A stretch of 64,000 nt of DNA from Thermoplasmata archaeon (GCA_034667725.1 JAXDQS010000001.1:96001-160000); one strand, 5' to 3'. Counted from the first letter of the stretch, positions 26,023-35,899 are shown. The notes: generated by a model from the sequence alone, not told the origin. Program-made: numbers and translations.

Positions 26023-28827
26023 CTACGACAGGGACTGGGCGACGTTGCGCTTCGCTTGCTCGAGGAACGCCGGGACCATCGCCGTGTTGGTCGTCGCGCC
26101 CTGCACCATGTCCGGCTTGCCTCCGCCACGGGCTCCGGCCAAGTCCTTGACTTCCTGGAACTTGGCTCGCAGGTCCAACTGGACGTCAGCGGAACGCGCG
26201 AAGATGAACGGGCCTTCCGTCGAAGCCAGCAAGGCCACGACGCCTTCGGGTTGGGTCAATTCGGCAGCGACTTTCTGCAAGGCCGCCGCGGGCAGAATCT
26301 GCACCACGATGCGGAACCGTCCAACCGGGTGGGCGTTCGCGACCGCGGCCTTGCTCTCCAGCTCGGCGAGGCGGGCGTTCAGGGTCTCGAGCTGCTTGCG
26401 CTGCTCCTTCCATTCGCCGAAGAACCGCTTGGCCGCGTTGGGGACCTCGGCGGGCGCCACCTCCATCGCCTCGCCGGCGGAGCGCAGCAGGTCGTCGGTG
26501 GCCTGCCAGCGCTGCACGGCGTAGGGGCCGGCGGCGTACTCGAAGCGCTCGACGCCGTCCTGGACGCGCTCGGTGCGGTACAGCTTGATGGGGCCGACCT
26601 CGTGGGTGGTGTTGCAGTGGGTGCCGCCGCAGTATTCGACGTCGAAGTCCGCGATCTCCACGACGCGCACGTCGCGGCCCTTGGGGATGCCGCCTTGCAG
26701 CAGCGTGAGGCCGTACTTGTTCTCGGCCTCCTCGCGCTTCCACCAGGTCTTGGTGACGGCGCGGCCTTCCAGGACGACCTGGTTGGCAAGCTGCTCGATG
26801 CGCTCCAGCTCCTCCTTGGTGGGGCGCCGGAAGTGGGTCATGTCGACGCGGGCGCAGTCGTGGTACTTCTGGGTGCCCGCCTGCCACGAGTGCATGCCGA
26901 GGACGCGGCGGACGGCCTGGTTCATGATGTGGGTCGCGGTGTGGCTGCGGGTGCAGTCGAGGCGGAACGCCCAATCGACCTCGCCGTGGACGGTGGCGCC
27001 GACGGGGACCGGCTCGCTGACGTGGTGGACCGCGTGGCCGCCGTCCTTGGCGGTCGTGAGGACCTTCACCTTCTTGCCGCCCACCAGGAGCGTACCTTGG
27101 TCGCCGGGCTGGCCGCCGGTCTCCGCGAAGAAGCAGGTCTTGTCCAGGACGACGGCGTGGGCCTTGCCGTCCATGCCGGACCACAGCACCTTGGCGTCGA
27201 ACGCGCGCTGGTCCTGGTGCTTGTAGTACACGAGCTCGGTGGGCGGGACCTGGAGCCGCAGCCCCTTCTCCTTGCCCTTGGCGGCCTTGCTGTGCCGGGC
27301 CGCGACCACCATGTCGAAGTCGTCGGGCACCTCGACCTTGATGCCCATCTGGGCGGCGGCCTCCGCCACCGTGTTCGGGCCGAGGCCGTGGGTGTCGTAG
27401 AGGTCCACCAAATCGTCGGTGGTGAGCGCCTTCTTCTTCTGCAAGGTGCGCTCCACCAGGCGGAGGCCCTTGTCGCGGGAGTCGATGTAGCGCTCGGTCT
27501 CCAGCGCCATGATCTCCATCGCGCGCGGCACGGCGGCCTTGAACTCGGGGAACTCGCCGAGCATCCGCTCCATGTTCCAGGCCACGAGGTCGCCCAAGGG
27601 CTCGCGGATCCCGAGCTGCTCCATGAAGCGGAGCGCGCGGCGGGTCACGAGGCGCATGAGGTAGCCGGCCTTGACGTTGGAGGGCACGATGCCGTCGCCC
27701 ACCATGATGGAGAGGCAGCGCAGGTGGTCGCAGAGCGCGTACATGCTCTCGACCGGGCCCATGATGTCGTTGAGCTCGGCGACGTCGGTCTGGATGCCGT
27801 GCGCGGCGAGCCGCTTGACGACCTCGGCCCGCAGGCCGTCGAGCTTCTGGCCGATGTCCAGGTTGAGGATGCCTTGGACGCGGGCGTGCTCGGTGATGAT
27901 GCGGTTGGCCTTGGCGTCGTCGCGGATGCGGGCGGTGGCGAGGCCCTTGATGCGGCCAATGGTGTCGGGGAACACGGTGTCGTAGGCCGTCGGCGTCCCG
28001 GTCGAGGCCCAGGCCAGGCGCTCCAGGCCCCAGCCGGTGTCGATGATGCGCATGGGCATCCGGCGGTAGCTCTCGCCCTTGATGCTGAACTCGCCGCCCT
28101 CGGCCTCCTCCAGGCACATGAACACCAGGGTCGCGACCTCGAGGCCGCCGGCGAACACCTCGACCGCGGGGCCCGCGTTGCCGCCGCCGTTCCAGGTGCC
28201 TTCCTTGAACGTGATGCGCTTGCCGTCCAGCCCGAGGACCTTGGTCAGGAACTCGACGCCGTAGGCGACGCACTCCTCGGTCCAATACTTCTCGTCGCCG
28301 GGATAGTTGAAGGCGTGGTGGCCCATCATCTCGAAGCACGAGAAGTGGCGCCCGGAGCGGCCGATGTTGGACAGGTCGTTGAGGCGGATGCAGGGCTGCG
28401 ACACCACCAGCGGGTTGGCGGGCGGCGGCACCTCGCCGGAGGTCACGTGGGGCTGGTAGTTCGCGATCGACGCGATGTTGAGGTAGATGTCGTCCCGCCA
28501 GCGGGCGACCACCGGGTTGCGGGGCACGCGCTTGTGGCCCTTGGACTCGAAGAACCGCAGGAACGCCTCGCGCATCTGCGCCACCGACAGCGGCTTGGTG
28601 GTGAGCGGGTTGCCCAGGAAGTCGTACTCGACGCAGTTGGAGTCGCCGCACAAGGTCCGCGCCGCGTCCGTCGTCCAGAACGGGTCGTGGCACGTCGGGC
28701 AGATGCGGCGCTGGTAGCCGTTCTCGTGGAAGAACCGCAGGTCCAGCATCTTGGCGAGTTCCGGGTTCATCCCGGAGGTCGCCTTAGGCGCAGCGGGAGC
28801 GGAGCCGTCGCGCGGCTCGGGCGACAT
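26023..28827 (-). CDS. alaS: Alanine--tRNA ligase (archaeal type)
   Basis: N-terminal CxxC..FWT, VVARWRDD, IASIANYQP, QPCIR, FEMMGHH, IDTGWGLER, editing HTATH and CGGTH, GGGK C-Ala. Start uncertain (28833/28827/28770). Confidence 0.97.
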   Translation of the reverse strand: MSPEPRDGSAPAAPKATSGMNPELAKMLDLRFFHENGYQRRICPTCHDPFWTTDAARTLCGDSNCVEYDFLGNPLTTKPLSVAQMREAFLRFFESKGHKRVPRNPVVARWRDDIYLNIASIANYQPHVTSGEVPPPANPLVVSQPCIRLNDLSNIGRSGRHFSCFEMMGHHAFNYPGDEKYWTEECVAYGVEFLTKVLGLDGKRITFKEGTWNGGGNAGPAVEVFAGGLEVATLVFMCLEEAEGGEFSIKGESYRRMPMRIIDTGWGLERLAWASTGTPTAYDTVFPDTIGRIKGLATARIRDDAKANRIITEHARVQGILNLDIGQKLDGLRAEVVKRLAAHGIQTDVAELNDIMGPVESMYALCDHLRCLSIMVGDGIVPSNVKAGYLMRLVTRRALRFMEQLGIREPLGDLVAWNMERMLGEFPEFKAAVPRAMEIMALETERYIDSRDKGLRLVERTLQKKKALTTDDLVDLYDTHGLGPNTVAEAAAQMGIKVEVPDDFDMVVAARHSKAAKGKEKGLRLQVPPTELVYYKHQDQRAFDAKVLWSGMDGKAHAVVLDKTCFFAETGGQPGDQGTLLVGGKKVKVLTTAKDGGHAVHHVSEPVPVGATVHGEVDWAFRLDCTRSHTATHIMNQAVRRVLGMHSWQAGTQKYHDCARVDMTHFRRPTKEELERIEQLANQVVLEGRAVTKTWWKREEAENKYGLTLLQGGIPKGRDVRVVEIADFDVEYCGGTHCNTTHEVGPIKLYRTERVQDGVERFEYAAGPYAVQRWQATDDLLRSAGEAMEVAPAEVPNAAKRFFGEWKEQRKQLETLNARLAELESKAAVANAHPVGRFRIVVQILPAAALQKVAAELTQPEGVVALLASTEGPFIFARSADVQLDLRAKFQEVKDLAGARGGGKPDMVQGATTNTAMVPAFLEQAKRNVAQSLS

Positions 28828-28968
28828 CACCATGCGGCGCGGCACGGAGGTCCGACGGATAAGCGGCCCGGCGCAGGAGGGAACCGCCGGCTTCGGCGCG
28901 CACATTGGCCTACGTTCGTCGGCCTCCGAGGGGCAACGCCTAAGCGGAGGGTCAGGACTCGCTGGCGC

Positions 28969-29970
28969 ATGGACCCCAAGACCGCGAGCCTCGCCGCCCT
29001 GGCGCTGCTGCTCATGGCCGGCTGCACCGGCGAGACCGGCCCGGCCACCGACACGCCGCTCGATTCCCACGGCAACCCTGTCCCGCCGCCCGTCCAGATT
29101 CCGGCGCCCGTGTGGAAGGTCGGCCAGTCGTGGACCTACAGTTGGCTGATCGAGGGCGACCCCAACCCGTTCGACGTCCAGTCCGTCGTCGCCGAAGCCA
29201 CCCCCGCCGGCTACCTGCTGGCGACCCCCAGCCTCGCCAGCGCCGCCATCCACGGCGCCTTCACCCTCCCCACCCTCGGCCTGTTCTCCCCCACCGACCT
29301 CACCGCCAGCGCCGACGGCGGCACCTGGCCCTGGTACCGCTTCCCCCTCTCCGAGAACCTCACCTGGCAAGCCAGCCTGTCGAGCAAGGACGGCGAGGGC
29401 GGCACGTACCAGCAGACCTGGGCCATGGCCGCCAGCAACGTCACCAGCCGCGGCGCCGACATCGTGGCCCGCGTCGACGGCGTCGTCATCGCCCAGTACG
29501 ACTTCGACAACGCCACCGGCTGGTTCACCGAGGCCCGCTTCTACAGCGAGGAAGGCGACCTGCAGTTCCACATCACCCTCAAGGAGAAGGCCGCCACGTT
29601 CCAGGGCACCCTGTACGACGCCACCGGCGACTTCCTGTTCCAGGCCGACTTCGCCGCCGAGCCCGGCACCTTCGGCGGCCAGCCCACGGCGCAGTTCAGC
29701 CCCGACGCCGACCACACCCACATCCTCGCGTTCCCGTACGCCTACGCCGCCGGCGGCGCCTCGGCCAGCACCCTGGTCGCCCCCAACGGCACCGCCTACC
29801 CGCTGCACACCGACCCCGCCCAAGCCGTGGACGGCACCGGCACCGGGGCGTTCCTGGTCGTGCCGGCGGCCCCGGGCAACTGGGAGTTCGCGACCGTCGG
29901 CGCCGGCGCGTTCGCCTGGGGCGGCGGCGTGCAGGCGTTCGGGATCAGCGCGCGGGTGCTGACGGTATAA
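28969..29970 (+). CDS. Lipoprotein of unknown function
   Basis: Lipobox LMAGC; APVWKVGQSWTY motif; beta-rich. Confidence 0.75.
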   Translation: MDPKTASLAALALLLMAGCTGETGPATDTPLDSHGNPVPPPVQIPAPVWKVGQSWTYSWLIEGDPNPFDVQSVVAEATPAGYLLATPSLASAAIHGAFTLPTLGLFSPTDLTASADGGTWPWYRFPLSENLTWQASLSSKDGEGGTYQQTWAMAASNVTSRGADIVARVDGVVIAQYDFDNATGWFTEARFYSEEGDLQFHITLKEKAATFQGTLYDATGDFLFQADFAAEPGTFGGQPTAQFSPDADHTHILAFPYAYAAGGASASTLVAPNGTAYPLHTDPAQAVDGTGTGAFLVVPAAPGNWEFATVGAGAFAWGGGVQAFGISARVLTV

Positions 29971-29974
29971 GGGC

Positions 29975-30817
29975 TCAGTAGAACCAACCGACGGCCGAAA
30001 CGGAACGGCGGGGAATCTCGAAAAGCGGGCCCGCCCGAGGATCCATCGTCCCGTTCCGGACCAGGAAGCTGTCGGATGTGGTCGCAAGGACGAACACGGG
30101 AACGGTGTACCCGAAACCCGAGGTCTCGTTCACGTTCTCCAGCAGGTTGCGGCGGACCACGGGAGTCAAGCCATCGGGCTCGATTTCCAAGATGGCGACC
30201 TCTGGGAAGGTCCCACCAAACTCGGGTGCAAGGTCTTCCATGAAAATGAGCGGAAACGAAATCATGGCCACCATTACGAAAGTCCCGACGACCAAGACCG
30301 TGACGTCCTCCTCGTCCTTATGGAGGTGTTTGTCTTTTGCGAAGAGCCGGTTGAGCAGGGCCGCGAGAGCCGGCACCGCCACACCCAACAGAACGCCCTG
30401 CATCGCGTACAGCCAAGGGGAGTAGGTGTTCTCTTCCAGCATGTCGAACCCTTGTCCAATGAAGTAGCATGCCAACACGCCCAATGCTCCGGCAACGGGG
30501 TAGACAAGGAGCACCCAGGTCGACCTCCATCCCCGACGGCAGGCTTTCCTGTAGGCCTGATGCGCCATCACGAGGGCAAACGCGACCATGAGTCCAAGCA
30601 CAAGGGCTGCAAACCCAAGCGCCAGCAGCCGCTCCGGTGGTGCGGAAACCCATCCTAGACGGTAATCGTACAGATGCCGGCCCCAGGCCATGAAGCCAAT
30701 GACATAGGCGGCCGGCAAGATACCCAATGCGATGTTCCTGACGGTCAGCATCCAACCGTAGCGGAAAGTCAACTCCGGATCAGAGATGTCCGCTTCCTGG
30801 ACGGTCTCGTCTGCCAT
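29975..30817 (-). CDS. Polytopic membrane protein on a low-GC segment
   Basis: About 5 TM segments then a soluble C-terminal domain; many A/T-ending codons unlike neighbours. Confidence 0.65.
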   Translation of the reverse strand: MADETVQEADISDPELTFRYGWMLTVRNIALGILPAAYVIGFMAWGRHLYDYRLGWVSAPPERLLALGFAALVLGLMVAFALVMAHQAYRKACRRGWRSTWVLLVYPVAGALGVLACYFIGQGFDMLEENTYSPWLYAMQGVLLGVAVPALAALLNRLFAKDKHLHKDEEDVTVLVVGTFVMVAMISFPLIFMEDLAPEFGGTFPEVAILEIEPDGLTPVVRRNLLENVNETSGFGYTVPVFVLATTSDSFLVRNGTMDPRAGPLFEIPRRSVSAVGWFY

Positions 30818-30907
30818 TGCACGCCTATCGAAAAATTCGCAGAAAGAGGTATCGATTTCTTGCTCCCTGTTGGGTGTCCTAAAAAGCATGGAGAATCTAG
30901 ACCCCTC

Positions 30908-32377
30908 GTGGACGCCCTCCCCCCCGCCCTCGACCCCCGCCTGCGGGCGCGGGCGCTGGCGGGCGCGGCGTGGGTGCGCGAGCAGCACCAGGCGGGCCGC
31001 CGCATCCTGGTCGTCCACCACTTGGACGCCGACGGCGTGACGGCCGGCGCCATCGCCGCCGAGGCGCTGGCGCGCGCCAACGTCCTGCACGCCACCCAGG
31101 TGGTGCGCTCGCTCGACGACGTCCACGTCCGGCTGGTCCACGACGCGGCGCCGACCGCGCTCTGGTTCTGCGACCTTGGCAGCACGGCGTACATGCACTT
31201 CCCGCAGCCGAAGCTGGTGTGCGACCACCACCAACTGGTGCGCGACGGCCACGAGGAGTCGTTCCCGCACGTGAACCCGCTCCTGGACGGCATCCCGGGC
31301 GAGACCATCTCCGGCGCGGGCTGCGCGTTCCTGGTCGCCGCCGCCATGGACGCGGCCAACGCGGACCTGGTCGTCCCGGCCCTCGTGGGCGCCGCGGGCG
31401 ACCGGCAGGACCGGCCGTTCGAGGGCACCAACCAGCTCCTGGTCCGCCTTGCCGTCGGGCGCGGCCTCGCCGACGCCGCCATGGACCTGTCGTTCTTCGG
31501 CCCCGAGACCCGGCCGCTGCGGCAGTTCCTCGCCCGCGGCGACGTCCGCGTGCCCGGCGTCGCCGGCGACCCCCGCGGCGCCGAGGCCCTGCTCCTGGAG
31601 CTGGGCCTGCCGGCCGACACCACCTGGAGCGCGTTGTCGCCCGACGAGCGGCTGCGCGTCCGCTCCGCCCTGGCGACGCGGCTCCTCGACTGCGGCCTGG
31701 CCGCCGAGGTCCCCGGCCTGTGGCGCGAGGTCGTGCGGCTGGCGCGCGAGCCGCCGGGCCCGACGCGCGAGCTGCAGGAGTTCGCCACCCTCCTCAACAG
31801 CACCGCCCGCTACGGCCGCCCCGAGGTCGGCCTGGCCGTGGCCCGCGGCGACCGCGCCGCCGCCTACCAGGAGGCGCTGGCGCTGCTGGTGGACCACCGC
31901 AAGCACCTCGTCGGCAGCCTCGGCCACCTCGCGGCCGCCGGCGTGCGCGACGGCGTGGCGCTGCAGTGGGTCGACGTCGAGGACCGCGTCCGCGACACGG
32001 TGCTCGGCATCGTGTGCGGCATGGCGCTCGGCGGCGACATGGGCCTGCGGCAGGACCGCCCCATCGTCGGCTTCGCCTGGACGCCCGACGGCCGCACCAA
32101 GGTCTCGACCCGCCTGCCCGCCTTGGCGGAGGCGCGGTTCGACCTGGCGCCCGCCGTGCGGGCGGCCGCGGAGGCGGTGGGCGGCCAAGGCGGCGGCCAC
32201 CGCGGGGCCGCCGGGGCGACCATCGGGCGCGGCGACCGCGACCGCTTCCTGGCGGAGCTGGACCGCCTGCTGGCCGCGCAGGTGGGGCTCGCCCTGCCGG
32301 CGCCGGCGCCGACGCCGGCGGCGCCCGCGCAGATGCTGGTGCGCTCAAGCGGCGCGCAGACCCGGTTTGCCCTGTAG
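30908..32377 (+). CDS. recJ: DHH-family phosphoesterase, archaeal RecJ/GAN/HAN-like
   Basis: HHLDADG, FCDLGS, CDHH, GAAGDRQ, DHHA1 GGGHRGAAG. Confidence 0.85.
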   Translation: MDALPPALDPRLRARALAGAAWVREQHQAGRRILVVHHLDADGVTAGAIAAEALARANVLHATQVVRSLDDVHVRLVHDAAPTALWFCDLGSTAYMHFPQPKLVCDHHQLVRDGHEESFPHVNPLLDGIPGETISGAGCAFLVAAAMDAANADLVVPALVGAAGDRQDRPFEGTNQLLVRLAVGRGLADAAMDLSFFGPETRPLRQFLARGDVRVPGVAGDPRGAEALLLELGLPADTTWSALSPDERLRVRSALATRLLDCGLAAEVPGLWREVVRLAREPPGPTRELQEFATLLNSTARYGRPEVGLAVARGDRAAAYQEALALLVDHRKHLVGSLGHLAAAGVRDGVALQWVDVEDRVRDTVLGIVCGMALGGDMGLRQDRPIVGFAWTPDGRTKVSTRLPALAEARFDLAPAVRAAAEAVGGQGGGHRGAAGATIGRGDRDRFLAELDRLLAAQVGLALPAPAPTPAAPAQMLVRSSGAQTRFAL

Positions 32378-32432
32378 CGCTGCGAGGCTACCTCCAATGA
32401 ATTTGTATAGCCGTCATGCAGCGTCCCCTGTC

Positions 32433-34505
32433 ATGCGCAACCTTGTCCTTGCCCTCCTGACCCTCGCCTTGGTGCTGCCCACCCCGTCGTTCGCCCAGGA
32501 GGCGGGGCAAGGCGTCCGGGTGCTGGAGGACCCCGCCGGCGACGTCGACTTCGCGGACACCGGCCAACCCCTGCCCGCCGGCGGCAACCCCTACCTCGAC
32601 ATCCGCACCCTGGACGTCGAGGAGCGCGACGAGGTGTTCGTGTTCCGCTACAAGACCGAGGGCTTCCCCTCTGAGCCCGAGGCCCCCATCGTCGGCTCGG
32701 CGTCGCACCAGATCTCGTTCCGCCACAACGACGCCACCTTCTGGGTCTTCATCTGGCGCCAGGTCCTGGTCCAGACCCCGACCTACTACGCCAGCTTCGC
32801 GGCCAGCTACGGCGGCCAAGCGGGCGGCTCGTTCGCCAACCTCGACATCGTCGTGGGCGACGCCGGCCTCCTGACCTTCGAGATCCCGCGCATCCTCCTG
32901 GCCGACGCCCAGGGCGCGCCGCCCTTCCCCGGCCGCGTCCTCGAGGACTTCCAGGCCGAGTCCGACAGCGGCGGCAGCTCGATCTGCATCCTCGAATGCC
33001 GCGAGCTGGTCAAGCAGAAGGACGTCGCGTCCTCCACCAGCTCCTTCGAGGTCAAGCTCGGCGTCCAGCAGAGCGGCAACGCCCGCCTCAGCTCGGCGAC
33101 GCCCTACCGCGCCACCAACGGCCAGGCCGGCACCACCATCTTCGAGGTCCAGGCCGCCAACATCGGCATCGTCGCCGAGACCTTCGACCTCGCCGCCGTC
33201 AAGGTCCCCGCCAACTGGAAGGTCAGCCTGCCCCAGACCCAGGTCCGCCTGGAGCCCGGCGCCACCGCCACCTTCCCCGTCCTCCTGGAGATCCCGTTCC
33301 AGCACGTCCACGGCCGCCTCCAGACCTTCGTGGTCGAGATGCGCAGCCCGCTGGACGCCGGCACCGTCGGCCGCGTCGAGCTGGGCCTCCAGTTCGTGGA
33401 CCCGCCCCAGCCCGCCGGGCACCACCCCGCCCTGTTCCTGCACAGCCACGCCGCCCGCGACGAGCTCAACACCGCCTTCGGCGCGCTGGTGGCCGGCAAC
33501 GGCGCCTGGGCCTCGATGAACACCCTCGACAAGGACGACCTCGACGCCGGCGTCCCGGTGTCCGCCCAGTACAGGGGCGCGGAGGGCGACCTCGCCGAGC
33601 GCAGCAAGTTCCAATGGACCGTCCCGCTGGCCCCCGGCCTCCGCATGGGCATCGACGGCGACATGGCCGGCCTCGGCGCCATCCGCCTCCCGGTCAGCAC
33701 CGTCCTGCCCATGGACAACGCCATCGTCGACGGCGCCCTCATCGTCGTCGTCCCCGAGTACTCCTTCGACGGCTACACCTACTGGGAGGAGGGCACCGAG
33801 ACCACGATCGCCACCATCCCGCCCACGGCCGCCGTCTCGATCGGCGCCAACGGCCAAGCCATGCTGGAGGGCGAGGTGCGCCCCCACCCGGCCGGCGACC
33901 TGGTGCCGTTCCAGGCCGGCCAGCAGATGCTGCTGGTGCTCAACGTCACCTTCGACCGGCCCGCGACCGTCACGGCCCCGGAGGCGCCCGCGCTCCTGCC
34001 CGGCGGCACCCTCACCGTCCCGCTGCTGGACTACTCCGACCCCGTCGACCAGGTGCTCTCGACCCTGTCGGGCCTGAGCCTCACCGCCAAGGACGGCCAG
34101 GAGCGCCGCGCCCCGCCCGACTCCACCGCCGTCTACACGATGGAGCTCACCGGCCCCGCCGGCGAGTACCGCCTGGCCGCCTACGGCGCGAACCAGGAAT
34201 GGGTCCGGTTCGCCGAGGGCGAGTCGGCCACCGTCGTCGACGGCGTCGCCACCCTGCACGTCCTCATCGACGTCCCGGCCGACACGCCGAGCAGCACGGT
34301 GACCGACTTCGTCGTCGAGGCCGCCCACCGCGAGATGCTCGACGCCCGCGCCGTGGCCCGCCTGCGCCTGGTCGCCGACCCCACGGCGCCCGCCGCCGAG
34401 AACGTCCCCGACGAGGTCGCGCTCGAGTCGCCGTCGGCGGCCGTCGCCCTCTTGGGCGTGGCCCTGCTGGCGGCCGCCGGCTCGCGGCGCCGGGTCTATC
34501 CGTAG
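32433..34505 (+). CDS. Secreted multi-domain surface protein with C-terminal sorting/anchor signal
   Basis: Signal peptide; DPAGD/LDI N-domain; Ig-like V.N.G..ETF.L...P..W domain; ends ESPSAAVALLGVALLAAAGSRRRVYP; TTTGTATA 24 nt upstream. Confidence 0.75.
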   Translation: MRNLVLALLTLALVLPTPSFAQEAGQGVRVLEDPAGDVDFADTGQPLPAGGNPYLDIRTLDVEERDEVFVFRYKTEGFPSEPEAPIVGSASHQISFRHNDATFWVFIWRQVLVQTPTYYASFAASYGGQAGGSFANLDIVVGDAGLLTFEIPRILLADAQGAPPFPGRVLEDFQAESDSGGSSICILECRELVKQKDVASSTSSFEVKLGVQQSGNARLSSATPYRATNGQAGTTIFEVQAANIGIVAETFDLAAVKVPANWKVSLPQTQVRLEPGATATFPVLLEIPFQHVHGRLQTFVVEMRSPLDAGTVGRVELGLQFVDPPQPAGHHPALFLHSHAARDELNTAFGALVAGNGAWASMNTLDKDDLDAGVPVSAQYRGAEGDLAERSKFQWTVPLAPGLRMGIDGDMAGLGAIRLPVSTVLPMDNAIVDGALIVVVPEYSFDGYTYWEEGTETTIATIPPTAAVSIGANGQAMLEGEVRPHPAGDLVPFQAGQQMLLVLNVTFDRPATVTAPEAPALLPGGTLTVPLLDYSDPVDQVLSTLSGLSLTAKDGQERRAPPDSTAVYTMELTGPAGEYRLAAYGANQEWVRFAEGESATVVDGVATLHVLIDVPADTPSSTVTDFVVEAAHREMLDARAVARLRLVADPTAPAAENVPDEVALESPSAAVALLGVALLAAAGSRRRVYP

Positions 34506-34523
34506 GCGCGCCAATCGCGCCGC

Positions 34524-35147
34524 ATGGATTTCGGAGCCTGGTGGAACGACAACGGCGGCGCCCTGGAGTCGCTCGGCATCTACGCCGTCGGCATCGCCGC
34601 CTACACCCTCGTCGTGACGGCGCTCTACGTCCCGCTCGGCCACCGCGTCATGCTGGGCCGGCTCCGGGGCACCGAGCGGGTCGCCACCAGGGGCCGCACC
34701 GCGCTCTACTTCCTCCTGTTCCCCCTCATCTCGTTCAGCTTCTTCCTCGTCGTCGTCAGCTCGCTGCTGTTCCTGTCGAGCACCTCGTCGTCCACGTTGC
34801 TGCCGAAGGACATCCTCACCATCGGCATGGGCACGGTCATCGCCATCCGCCTGGTGGCCTACTTCCACGAGAACGCGGCGCAGGAACTGGGCAAGATCAT
34901 GCCCCTTGGCCTCTTGGGCGTCGTGCTGGTCACCAACCGCGTCGACTCCTTGGGCGACTCCCTGGCGCAGCTCAAGCTGCTGATCGAGCACCTCGACGTC
35001 GTCGGCCTCTACTTCACCGTCATGGTGCTGGTCGAGTTCACCTGCCGCGGCATCCACGCCGTCTGGGCCCGCTCCACGGGGCACAAGGCCAAGGCGCCCG
35101 CCAAGCCGGCCACCCCGGCCCGTCCTGCCTTCGTGCAACGCAAGTAA
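34524..35147 (+). CDS. Conserved-type membrane protein (about 5 TM)
   Basis: Hydrophobic segments; AIRLVAYFHE..AQELGKIMPL motif. Confidence 0.7.
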   Translation: MDFGAWWNDNGGALESLGIYAVGIAAYTLVVTALYVPLGHRVMLGRLRGTERVATRGRTALYFLLFPLISFSFFLVVVSSLLFLSSTSSSTLLPKDILTIGMGTVIAIRLVAYFHENAAQELGKIMPLGLLGVVLVTNRVDSLGDSLAQLKLLIEHLDVVGLYFTVMVLVEFTCRGIHAVWARSTGHKAKAPAKPATPARPAFVQRK

Positions 35148-35174
35148 GCCGGCTTCTGCCCACGGCCGTCGTCA

Positions 35175-35180
35175 TTTATA
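35175..35180 (+). promoter_or_regulatory. TATA box (TTTATA) of the proteasome-like operon, leaderless geometry
   Basis: Rare AT-rich hexamer ending 23 nt before ATG 35204. Confidence 0.6.
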
Positions 35181-35203
35181 GAAGCGCCAACCATGCCGGG
35201 ACG

Positions 35204-35818
35204 ATGACGACCACGGTCGGGATCAAGACTCCGGAGGGCATCGTCTTGGCGACGGACCGCCGGGCGACGATGGGCTACTACGTCGCGGACAAGGACGTCG
35301 TGAAGATCGAGCCGCTGGACGCCGACTCGGCCATCACCATCGCGGGCTCCGTGGCGCAAGCCCAGTCCTACGCCCACATGCTTCGCCTGAACCTGGAGTA
35401 CACCCGCGGCCGCCGCGGCTGGTCGCTCTCGCCCCAGGAGCTCGCCAAGCTCGCCGCGCACACCATCCAGCGCGCCGGCGGCATCTACGGCCAGTTCATC
35501 CTCGCCACCCGCGGCACCGACGGCACCCACCTCTGGGACGTCGGCGGCGACGGCTCGCTCATCGCCAAGCGCGACTACACCTGCACCGGCTCCGGCACCG
35601 GCCCCGCCGTGGGCGTCCTGGAGTCCGCCGACTGGTCCAAGGTCAAGGGCATGAAGGACGCCGTCGAGCTCGCCAAGAAGGCCGTGCGCGCCAGCACCCA
35701 GCGCGACGTCGCCTCCGGCAACGGCTTCGTGGTCTACACCCTGCCCAACGCCGGCGACGCCGGGCTGCGCATCTACACTTTCAGCACCGAAGTGACCGAG
35801 GAGGTGCTGCCCGCATGA
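35204..35818 (+). CDS. psmB: Proteasome beta-type subunit without propeptide
   Basis: M-TTTVGI (Thr1), ATDRR (Asp17), VVKI (Lys33), TIAGSV, TGSG, RDVASG. Confidence 0.9.
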   Translation: MTTTVGIKTPEGIVLATDRRATMGYYVADKDVVKIEPLDADSAITIAGSVAQAQSYAHMLRLNLEYTRGRRGWSLSPQELAKLAAHTIQRAGGIYGQFILATRGTDGTHLWDVGGDGSLIAKRDYTCTGSGTGPAVGVLESADWSKVKGMKDAVELAKKAVRASTQRDVASGNGFVVYTLPNAGDAGLRIYTFSTEVTEEVLPA

Positions 35819-35899
35819 ACAGCCGGCACGCTTGCGGGCAGGCTGCCGAGGCCCGCAGGGCCGAGGATGAATGCGCGAGCCCGGAGGCGAGCGCATGAA
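35812..35899. repeat. 80-bp palindromic insert flanked by CGCATGAA direct repeats between psmB and psmA
   Basis: CGCATGAA at 35812 and 35892; internal GCCGAGGCCCGCAGGGCCGAGG; encodes a 27-codon bridging ORF 35815-35898 with ATGA overlaps at both ends. Confidence 0.55.
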
